Shown here: positions 17,514-24,563 of the stretch, piece after piece
Position numbering within the stretch: position 1 is the first letter of the stretch
How the letters are laid out: each line of letters begins with the position of its first letter
Assembly: GCA_003858585.1 (NCBI GenBank)
Contig: RQZE01000004.1
Coordinates: forward strand, 90,001 to 122,000
From: Erysipelotrichaceae bacterium OH741_COT-311
Lineage (GTDB): Bacteria; Bacillota_I; Bacilli_A; Erysipelotrichales; Erysipelotrichaceae
Length of the DNA stretch: 32,000 nucleotides
Direction of reading: 5' to 3'
Position numbers and translations under genes: made by a program
Notes under the pieces: model-generated
The model's input: the letters and a program-made list of their open reading frames with translations, nothing else
The model's database searches: none
What the model was told of the DNA's origin: nothing

Positions 17514-18323
17514 TTATTCTACAATGTGCTTTAAAATAAAGTTTCCAAATCCAGAAGCATTGGCATCCTCTGCAATATATTGAGCATAACTCTTTACTTC
17601 ATCACTTGCATTATTCATTGCAACACCACAACAATCCCTTAACATCTCAATGTCATTACTTGCATCTCCAAAAGCCAGTACTTGCTGCATGTCAATATTT
17701 AATTTCTTGCATAAATAAGCAATTCCATAACTCTTCGATAAATCCGGATGAACAAACTCCAACAATGTTTTTCCGGAAGAAAAGACGCGATAGTGTGGGT
17801 CTGGATGCTCTTTACTATAACGTAGTATTTCTTCTAATAGTGTCTCTGGTAAAATCCCCAAAATCTTAGGATATGGTTTTTGAACATCTTTTTTAAAATC
17901 AATATATCGAGCGGTAAGTTTATGTGCTTCTAAACGACTTTCATATTCATAGATAGACTTATTTGTCCATAATTCATGTTGATTATAAAGACAAATTGCC
18001 ATTGGAAATTGTCGGTACTCTTCTTCAATTCTTAAGATGGTATCTACAGATAAAAAATGAAAACATTCCATTTTATCAGTCTGCACATCGTAAACTTCAG
18101 CACCATTTGAACCAATAATGTAATCAACATAACCTTCAATACCCCACTGTTTTAAAAAACGTGGTATTAAATGTGCTCCTCTTCCTGTTGCAATACCAAA
18201 TTTAATGCCTTTTTCTTTTAATTTTTTTATTGCTTGCGCATTGATAGTACTACATTCTTTTTGATCATTTAACAATGTATCATCTAAATCTGTCATTACT
18301 AATTTAATTTGTTTCCAATTCAT
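17514..18323 (-). CDS. Cof-type HAD-IIB family phosphatase
   Basis: HAD motif I MTDLDDTLL and motif IV GDASNDIEML, with a large cap region. ATG 18323 follows GGAG (the ORF-track TTG at 18329 is less likely). Overlaps the trmD 3' end. Confidence 0.8.
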   Translation of the reverse strand: MNWKQIKLVMTDLDDTLLNDQKECSTINAQAIKKLKEKGIKFGIATGRGAHLIPRFLKQWGIEGYVDYIIGSNGAEVYDVQTDKMECFHFLSVDTILRIEEEYRQFPMAICLYNQHELWTNKSIYEYESRLEAHKLTARYIDFKKDVQKPYPKILGILPETLLEEILRYSKEHPDPHYRVFSSGKTLLEFVHPDLSKSYGIAYLCKKLNIDMQQVLAFGDASNDIEMLRDCCGVAMNNASDEVKSYAQYIAEDANASGFGNFILKHIVE

Positions 18324-19035
18324 CTTCAATCTCCTGTAGCAATAACCTTTCTTCTTTATTTAATACTTTTTGTTCCAGTAAATCCTTACGATGTAAGTAC
18401 GTTGTACGTAAAGATTCTTTTAAACGATATTTACGTATGTTTTCATGATGTCCACTCAATAAGATATCAGGAACACATTGATTGTCATAACAATAAGGCT
18501 TTGTATACTGCGGATATTCTAACAAACCATTTTCAAACGATTCATCCAAATGACTTTCTTTTAAAATAACCCCTTCTACAAGACGTATACAAGCATCACT
18601 AATCATCATAGCTACTAATTCTCCACCGGTTAAAATAAAATCACCGATACTTACTAATTGATCTACATATTGATTAATACGATAATCAATGCCTTCATAG
18701 TGTCCACAAATGATAATTAAATGCGATATATTCGAAACATATCGACGTGCCATTTGTTGTTTAAATCGCTCTCCAATCGCACTGGTCAAAATCACATAGC
18801 TATCCTTTGTTCTAATACTATTTAAAGCATCTAAAACAGGCTGTACTTTCATAATCATACCTGCACCACCGCCATAAGGCGTATCATCCACATGTCCATG
18901 TTTTTCCTTAGTAAAATCTCGAATATTAATAATTTCAATACTCGCTTTATCACTATTTAAAGCACGAGCAATAATGGATGATTGCTTAAAGCCTTCAAAC
19001 ATATCAGGAAATAACGTTAATATCGATATTCTCAT
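18304..19035 (-). CDS. trmD: tRNA (guanine37-N1)-methyltransferase
   Basis: Full-length TrmD similarity (TLFPDMF, DDTPYGGGAGM, GHYEGID). ATGA overlap with rimM. Confidence 0.95.
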   Translation of the reverse strand: MRISILTLFPDMFEGFKQSSIIARALNSDKASIEIINIRDFTKEKHGHVDDTPYGGGAGMIMKVQPVLDALNSIRTKDSYVILTSAIGERFKQQMARRYVSNISHLIIICGHYEGIDYRINQYVDQLVSIGDFILTGGELVAMMISDACIRLVEGVILKESHLDESFENGLLEYPQYTKPYCYDNQCVPDILLSGHHENIRKYRLKESLRTTYLHRKDLLEQKVLNKEERLLLQEIEDELETN

Positions 19036-19538
19036 ACTAAGCCCTCAATCACATGAATGCTGATTTTTCTTTCTTGTAAATTAACTTCTTTTACAAAAAA
19101 AGGAACATTTGGAATAGAAACTACCTTTTGATTCGTTGTTAATACTTTAAGATTAGTATGAGCAGGTAAAGATTCAACATCAATCACTTCCCCAATATAT
19201 TGATTTTCTTGATTATAACAACGTAAACCCACTAATTCAAACTTATAATACTGTCCTTTAGGAAGTTTATGCAGTTGTGATTTATGGATATATAATTGAC
19301 ATCCCTTGTATTTTTCAATTAAGTTGATATCTTCATATTGACTAAATAAAACATGAATAAGACCTTTATGATTGATAACAGACTTTATAGTTAATTTTAG
19401 GTATTCATCTTGATATTTTAGATATAATTCTTTCCCTTTCGCAAATCGTTCTTCAGGAAAATCTGTAAACCCCTTTACTTTAACTTCCCCTTTAATACCA
19501 AAGGTATTAACAATCACTCCAATTAATAAATATTCCAT
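19032..19538 (-). CDS. rimM: 16S rRNA processing protein RimM
   Basis: IGVIVNTFGIKGEVKV PRC-barrel protein in the conserved position before trmD. Start moved to ATG 19538 (GGAGG 5 nt upstream), because the ORF-track extension runs through a terminator hairpin. Confidence 0.9.
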   Translation of the reverse strand: MEYLLIGVIVNTFGIKGEVKVKGFTDFPEERFAKGKELYLKYQDEYLKLTIKSVINHKGLIHVLFSQYEDINLIEKYKGCQLYIHKSQLHKLPKGQYYKFELVGLRCYNQENQYIGEVIDVESLPAHTNLKVLTTNQKVVSIPNVPFFVKEVNLQERKISIHVIEGLV

Positions 19539-19546
19539 AAAACCTC

Positions 19547-19571
19547 CAAAAAAAAGGATGCACAGCATCCT
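19547..19571 (-). terminator. Intra-operon terminator/attenuator between khpA and rimM
   Basis: Minus-strand AGGAUGC-UGU-GCAUCCU followed by UUUUUUUU, then GGAGG and the rimM ATG. The hairpin starts in the khpA stop codon. Confidence 0.55.
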
Positions 19572-19812
19572 AATATGATTCAAACTTAATCGTAATTTTC
19601 TTATCTACCGATGCTACTTTAAGCATTTGTCGAATCGCATTTGCCATCATACCTTGTCGACCAATTAAACGAGCAACATCTTCACTTTTTGCATACACAT
19701 AAAGTAAAAGTTCTTTCTCATTTAAACTTTCCATTTGTTTTACAGATAAGCTATCTTGATCTTCAACCATTGGCTTCACTAAATTTAACAAAACCTTTTC
19801 TAAATCAATCAT
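19570..19812 (-). CDS. khpA: KH-domain RNA-binding protein (YlqC/KhpA family)
   Basis: 80 aa with the KH GxxG loop LIGRQGMMANAIR. Conserved position immediately after rpsP. Confidence 0.85.
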   Translation of the reverse strand: MIDLEKVLLNLVKPMVEDQDSLSVKQMESLNEKELLLYVYAKSEDVARLIGRQGMMANAIRQMLKVASVDKKITIKFESY

Positions 19813-19813
19813 A

Positions 19814-20086
19814 CTATTTTACTTTTTTTGCATCATGGAATTTTTTCATGATACCTTGTTGTGATAAGATATTACGAACTGTATCCGATGGTTGTGCACC
19901 ATTTGATAACCATTTAAGTGTTAATTCTTCATTAACATGAATTGTTGCAGGGTTAGTCATAGGATTATAAGTACCTACTACTTCAATTGAACGTCCATCT
20001 CTTGGAAAACGTGAATCAGCAGCAACAATACGATAGAAAGGCGCCTTCTTAGCTCCCATTCTCTTTAAACGTAATTTAACAGCCAT
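19814..20086 (-). CDS. rpsP: 30S ribosomal protein S16
   Basis: [27 protein letters not shown]-terminus. AAGGAGG RBS. Confidence 0.95.
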   Translation of the reverse strand: MAVKLRLKRMGAKKAPFYRIVAADSRFPRDGRSIEVVGTYNPMTNPATIHVNEELTLKWLSNGAQPSDTVRNILSQQGIMKKFHDAKKVK

Positions 20087-20118
20087 TTATATATTCCTCC
20101 TTAAACTTTTACTTAACT

Positions 20119-20146
20119 ATAATACCATAAAAATAATAAGAGTCAA
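20119..20146 (-). promoter_or_regulatory. Sigma-A promoter candidate for the rpsP operon
   Basis: Minus-strand TTGACT (inside the descending arm of the ffh terminator), 16 nt, TATTAT, with TGG giving an extended -10. Confidence 0.6.
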
Positions 20147-20164
20147 GTTTTTTTACTTGACTCT
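20128..20164 (-). terminator. Rho-independent terminator after ffh
   Basis: Perfect 10-bp stem AGAGUCAAGU-AAAAAA-ACUUGACUCU (20139-20164) followed by UAUUAUUUUU. Overlaps the ffh stop. Confidence 0.8.
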
Positions 20165-21533
20165 AAAATTTACGACCAAATTTATTGGACATCGGGAATT
20201 TTCCACTTGGCATTTTGGGCGCTTTCCCACTTCGAACCATAGAAGATAATTGCTTCATCATTTGCTTCATTTTATCATATTGACCAATTAAACGATTAAC
20301 ATCTGCAACATTGGTTCCACTACCCTTGGCAATACGATTCTTTCGAGAAGCTCTAAGGATAGATGGATCCTCTTTTTCTTCTTGTGTCATACTTTGAATA
20401 ATCGCTTTTGTCTTTTTCATTTGTTTACTTGCTTGATCTTCATCAATGCTTTTGGCCGCTTGATTCATACCAGGAATCATCTTTAAGATATTACCAAATG
20501 AACCCATTTTCTCTACTTGTTGTAGTTGAATCAACATATCATCTAATGTAAACTTACCTTCCATCATGCGATTGGCACTTTTTTCGCTAATTTCCAAGTC
20601 CATTTTTTCTTGGGCCTTTTCAACTAGGGTAACAATATCTCCCATTCCTAAAATACGATCTGCCATACGTTCAGGATAGAAGATATCCATTTCATCAATT
20701 TTTTCCCCATTACCAACAAATTTTACAGGAACATTTGTAATTGCTTTAACAGATAAAACACCTCCACCACGAGCATCTCCATCCATCTTCGTAACTACCA
20801 AACCTGTTACTTCCAGTAATTCATGGAACTTAGAAGCCACATTAACAATGTCTTGACCAGTCATTGCATCAACTGTTAATAATATTTCATTGGGGTGAAC
20901 ATAAGCCTTGATGTCTTTTAGTTCATTCATCAATTCTTCATCAATATGCAAGCGTCCTGCTGTATCAATAAACACTGTATCAAATCCATGTTGCTTAGCA
21001 TATTCTAACCCTTGTTTTACTACTTCTAATGCTTTAAAGCTTGGATCTAAGGCAAATACTTCAACATCAATTTGTTGTCCTAATACTTTTAATTGTTCAA
21101 TCGCCGCCGGACGAACCACATCCGCAGCAATCATTAATGGCTTACGCTGCTGTTTCTTTTTAACGATATTGGCAATCTTTGCAGTACTTGTTGTCTTCCC
21201 TGTCCCTTGTAAACCAACCATCATAAAAATACTCAAGCCTTGTTTATAGTTTAATTTTGATTCATTTTCTCCTAATAAACTTGCGATTTCATCACGAACA
21301 ATCTTAACTACCAATTGTCCAGGATTAATCGATGTTAATACTTCTTGTCCACTGGCTTTTTCCTTTACTTTTTCTAAGAAACTCTTAACTACTTTATAAT
21401 TGACATCCGCTTCTAAAAGAGCCATACGTATTTCACTTAACGTATCACTCATATTTTTTTCTGTTAATTTCCCTTTACCTGTAACATTTTTTAATGCTTT
21501 ATTTAATTTATCTTGCAATGAATCAAATGCCAT
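20163..21533 (-). CDS. ffh: Signal recognition particle protein Ffh
   Basis: N/G domain with GLQGTGKTTS and DTAGR; methionine-rich M domain at the C-terminus. Confidence 0.95.
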   Translation of the reverse strand: MAFDSLQDKLNKALKNVTGKGKLTEKNMSDTLSEIRMALLEADVNYKVVKSFLEKVKEKASGQEVLTSINPGQLVVKIVRDEIASLLGENESKLNYKQGLSIFMMVGLQGTGKTTSTAKIANIVKKKQQRKPLMIAADVVRPAAIEQLKVLGQQIDVEVFALDPSFKALEVVKQGLEYAKQHGFDTVFIDTAGRLHIDEELMNELKDIKAYVHPNEILLTVDAMTGQDIVNVASKFHELLEVTGLVVTKMDGDARGGGVLSVKAITNVPVKFVGNGEKIDEMDIFYPERMADRILGMGDIVTLVEKAQEKMDLEISEKSANRMMEGKFTLDDMLIQLQQVEKMGSFGNILKMIPGMNQAAKSIDEDQASKQMKKTKAIIQSMTQEEKEDPSILRASRKNRIAKGSGTNVADVNRLIGQYDKMKQMMKQLSSMVRSGKAPKMPSGKFPMSNKFGRKF

Positions 21534-21550
21534 AAAATCACCTCTGTACT

Positions 21551-21559
21551 ATAATACCA
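21551..21559 (-). promoter_or_regulatory. Extended -10 promoter candidate for ffh
   Basis: Minus-strand TGGTATTAT, identical to the rpsP extended -10. Lies 17 nt upstream of the ffh ATG region (GAGGTG RBS). No clear -35. Confidence 0.45.
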
Positions 21560-21560
21560 T

Positions 21561-21581
21561 AAAAAAAGGTGCATAGCACCT
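21561..21581 (-). terminator. Rho-independent terminator after the SSB-like gene
   Basis: Minus-strand AGGUGC-UAU-GCACCU followed by UUUUUUU. Starts right after the stop codon. Confidence 0.75.
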
Positions 21582-21896
21582 CTAGTCATTGATTCTGTTT
21601 ATTTTTTCTGCAACAATTTCACACCCATAAAACAACGGACTATCTGCATCTTTTTGATAATTATGAGGTTGTAAACGTCCTTTAATCGATACCAACATAT
21701 CCTTTTTTAACACTTCAGCATTTTCCTTAGCTAATTGCTTCCATAATAAAACTTTAAAATCATCCGTATCTATTTCACTTTCTTCTTTCATATAATCCTT
21801 TTTCAACGAAAGAACAATATGTGATAATGGATATCCTTTTACCTCTTTTAATTCACCGACTATTTTAATTTTTCCTACTAATACAACTTGATTCAT
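21582..21896 (-). CDS. Small single-stranded DNA-binding (OB-fold) protein paralog lacking the acidic C-terminal tail
   Basis: MNQVVLVGKI... and ...DDFKVLLWKQLAKENAEVLKKDMLVSIKGRLQPHNY align by eye with the Bacillus SsbA/SsbB core (ADFINCVxWRKxAENVANFLKKGSLxGVDGRLQTRNY). The protein ends at about 104 aa with no Gly/Gln linker or DDDIPF-type tip. Start moved to ATG 21896, after GGAGGG. Confidence 0.7.
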   Translation of the reverse strand: MNQVVLVGKIKIVGELKEVKGYPLSHIVLSLKKDYMKEESEIDTDDFKVLLWKQLAKENAEVLKKDMLVSIKGRLQPHNYQKDADSPLFYGCEIVAEKINRIND

Positions 21897-21924
21897 TTTC
21901 CCTCCATGATTACTTGCATATATC

Positions 21925-21952
21925 ATTGTAATCATTTCATTCACATAAACAA
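21925..21952 (-). promoter_or_regulatory. Promoter candidate for the SSB-like gene
   Basis: Minus-strand TTGTTT, 16 nt, TACAAT. The -10 is embedded in the inverted repeat ATGATTAC-N14-GTAATCAT (21906-21935). Confidence 0.35.
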
Positions 21953-22022
21953 CTGTGTATATTGGTATAAAATGAATACTTTATGATGTATTGATAGTAA
22001 TTATCTTAAATAAAATACAAAT

Positions 22023-23294
22023 TTATTTATCTTTACCAACAGATACTAAAGAATAATGACTTAAATCTAGTGTTTCTAAGACATACTTTAAGAAATCTAT
22101 ATCGATTTCATGAATAATATCAATCATTTCATCATAACTTACACCTTGCATATAAGCACGCAAGTAAGAAACTGCCATCACTTCAACATCATCAAAAATA
22201 CCATAAAAACGTCCAAAATATCGATTCTTTAATTGCGTTAACAATCTGTCATGAATCGTTATCTTTTTTAATTCATCCATAATAAATTGCTTAAAATCCT
22301 CTGCATTTTCTAATTCTGCAAAAAACATTAACAATGCATATCCTTTACCAAAATCAATTTCTGTACCAAAGAAATCATTAATACGTTTTTCATCAATCCA
22401 TGTTTGATACTCTTCATTTAAAGTTGAAAAATGCATCTCCATAATGATTCTAATTGCCCATTCATACTTCGCTTTTTCATGTAAAGATAAATTTTTATAA
22501 TGCAACTTAAACACTAATGCTACTTTTGAACTTTGAATATCCATAACAACATGTTTTTTCTTTAGCACAACTTCTTTTGGTTCTAACGGTATATAAGGTT
22601 CAATATGCTTCTTGCTAAGAAACACTTTGGATGCTTGATTTTTTTTGATACTACTGATAATTTCCAAAGGATCATTTGGAGTAACTACCATAACGATCAT
22701 ATTACTTGGATGATAATTCACCTTATAACATTCTTCTAATTCTTGTAATGTAATTTGTTTTACACTTTCTTCATCTCCACCGATATCATATTTTAAAGGA
22801 TGATGTGAAAAAAGTGATGAAAAAACTTCTTTGATTAATTTAAAGTCAGGATTTTGATCATACATTCTTAACTCTTGTATGATAATACCCTTTTCTTTTT
22901 CCACAGATTCTTCATCAATCACCAGATTTTGTACAAAGTCTAATAACAAATAAAGGGGCTTTTCTAACTCTTTTGAGGTTGTGGTAAAGTGATAAAAAGT
23001 TTCATTATATGATGTAAACGCATTTACTTCACACCCCATAGAAGCAAAGGCATTAAATACATTATTTTCTTCATTTTCAAATAACTTATGTTCCAGAAAA
23101 TGTGCAATACCCGGATTATGTTTAACAACATTACCATTTACCATTTGACATACATCTAGTGCTCCATATGGAGTAGCAAAGATACATGTACTTGTTTGAA
23201 AGTTTGGCTTATGAAAAACAATTACACGCAATCCATTGTCTAACGTTTCATGATAAGAGACTTCTTGAAAACATTCATGTATTACTTGTTTCAT
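22023..23294 (-). CDS. M16B zinc peptidase, catalytic-type subunit (YmfH-like)
   Basis: Inverted zinc motif HFLEH (HxxEH) near the N-terminus; about 420 aa two-domain M16 architecture. GGAGGA RBS. 20-nt overlap with the upstream partner gene. Confidence 0.8.
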   Translation of the reverse strand: MKQVIHECFQEVSYHETLDNGLRVIVFHKPNFQTSTCIFATPYGALDVCQMVNGNVVKHNPGIAHFLEHKLFENEENNVFNAFASMGCEVNAFTSYNETFYHFTTTSKELEKPLYLLLDFVQNLVIDEESVEKEKGIIIQELRMYDQNPDFKLIKEVFSSLFSHHPLKYDIGGDEESVKQITLQELEECYKVNYHPSNMIVMVVTPNDPLEIISSIKKNQASKVFLSKKHIEPYIPLEPKEVVLKKKHVVMDIQSSKVALVFKLHYKNLSLHEKAKYEWAIRIIMEMHFSTLNEEYQTWIDEKRINDFFGTEIDFGKGYALLMFFAELENAEDFKQFIMDELKKITIHDRLLTQLKNRYFGRFYGIFDDVEVMAVSYLRAYMQGVSYDEMIDIIHEIDIDFLKYVLETLDLSHYSLVSVGKDK

Positions 23295-24525
23295 TGTCTT
23301 CCTCCTTTAAAAGATACACCATCTTAAGTTTTAAAGCTTCAAATACCTTTGATGCTTGTTCTTTTGTAACTCTCTTAATTTTTTCAATAATATCAGGAAT
23401 ACCACGCTCCTTATTTAAAATACGATTGATGTAATTAAATTCTATTACTGAATATGCATCATCTTGTTGTAAACAAATGGTATTCATCAAGGATCTTTTA
23501 CAATTTTCAAAGATAGTATCCGAAAACTCTTTATGTATTATTCTTTGATAACACATATCAATCAATTCCAATACTTCTTCACTGGACTTAGAATCAATAC
23601 CTGTAGATACAAAGACCAATCCTTCAAAAGGAAGTACCTGTGAATAAATGGAATAACATAAACTACGCTGTTCTCTTATTTCATCAAAAAGTAACGATGT
23701 CGCAAACTGTCCAAAAACAGCATTCGCTACTAATAATTGATAATACTCTTCTGTAGTATTTAAGATATTCGTATCATAGATACATACTAATGAAGATTGA
23801 TTTATTTTTTTATATTCTTCTTTATAGATACATTGTTCTTTTGTTAATGCATAAATAGATTGTATGGATTGAAAGCGATCATTTAAAACAAATAATTTAG
23901 AAACCGTTTCTTTTACATAGTTTTCCTCTACATCTCCCAAAACAAAAATATCTAATGCTTCTTTTTCAATCATTTGTTGATATACTTCTTGAATTTGTTC
24001 AAACGTAACCTGCTTTAAAGCATCAATGGATGCTCGAATGGAATATGCAAAAGGATAACCTTGTCCCATGATACGTACTGCCTGATCTACCGCATAAGAC
24101 ATTGGATTATCTAAACGACGACGTACATAATTTATCGCAAATTCTTTTGCTTCCAAAAACGTTTCTTGCGTTAACAATGGATGAAATAAAAATTCACGTA
24201 TCATTTGAAATTGTTGAAGTAAATTATCCGTATTAGTAAAAGATCCATTTAATACTTTAGTTATAAAGTGAAACGCAAAACCTTTTCCATAACTGGATAA
24301 AGTAGCACTCATTTTAGCGCCATATAAATAATCTTTTAAATTACTTACACTTTCCTTCGTAGAATATTTTAAACAACGATCACAAAGTATATTACTTAAA
24401 ATCGCTTTGGCAGCATGATTTTCTTCTATTAAGTCATTATAAAAATTAAAGCTTACTGTTACAAACTTAAACTTATCACTACGAATAATGTGTAAATGTA
24501 CCTGTTCTTTTAATTTGATTACCAT
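23275..24525 (-). CDS. M16B peptidase-like protein, non-catalytic partner (YmfF-like)
   Basis: Same size and architecture as the downstream M16 protein, but the HxxEH position reads AAKAILSN (no zinc ligands). Start moved to ATG 24525, after GGAGGA. Confidence 0.8.
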   Translation of the reverse strand: MVIKLKEQVHLHIIRSDKFKFVTVSFNFYNDLIEENHAAKAILSNILCDRCLKYSTKESVSNLKDYLYGAKMSATLSSYGKGFAFHFITKVLNGSFTNTDNLLQQFQMIREFLFHPLLTQETFLEAKEFAINYVRRRLDNPMSYAVDQAVRIMGQGYPFAYSIRASIDALKQVTFEQIQEVYQQMIEKEALDIFVLGDVEENYVKETVSKLFVLNDRFQSIQSIYALTKEQCIYKEEYKKINQSSLVCIYDTNILNTTEEYYQLLVANAVFGQFATSLLFDEIREQRSLCYSIYSQVLPFEGLVFVSTGIDSKSSEEVLELIDMCYQRIIHKEFSDTIFENCKRSLMNTICLQQDDAYSVIEFNYINRILNKERGIPDIIEKIKRVTKEQASKVFEALKLKMVYLLKEEDNETSNT

Positions 24526-24539
24526 AACATCCTCCATGT

Positions 24540-24563
24540 AAAAAGCAACATTGGATGTTGCTT
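24540..24563 (-). terminator. Rho-independent terminator after the last ABC permease
   Basis: Minus-strand AGCAACAU-CCA-AUGUUGCU followed by UUUUU. It is followed immediately by GGAGGA and the ATG of the YmfF-like gene. Confidence 0.75.

Noticed and set aside
19539-19583. N-terminal extensions in the ORF track (RimM MNHIRMLCILFFGGF; also UppS, L19, LepB, HAD, DUF368, SSB-like, YmfF-like, BMP lipoprotein, permease)
   Set aside because: The extended starts are mostly TTG/GTG with no SD. In each case an in-frame ATG slightly downstream has a GGAGG-type RBS at 5-9 nt and yields the conserved family N-terminus. The RimM extension would be translated from a terminator hairpin.
22000-22025. Terminator after the YmfH-like gene, and A/T-only hairpins after rnhB (about 14960-14981) and the HAD gene
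   Set aside because: The possible stems are 6 bp or shorter and consist purely of A-U pairs, with no clear U-tract. This is too weak to call.
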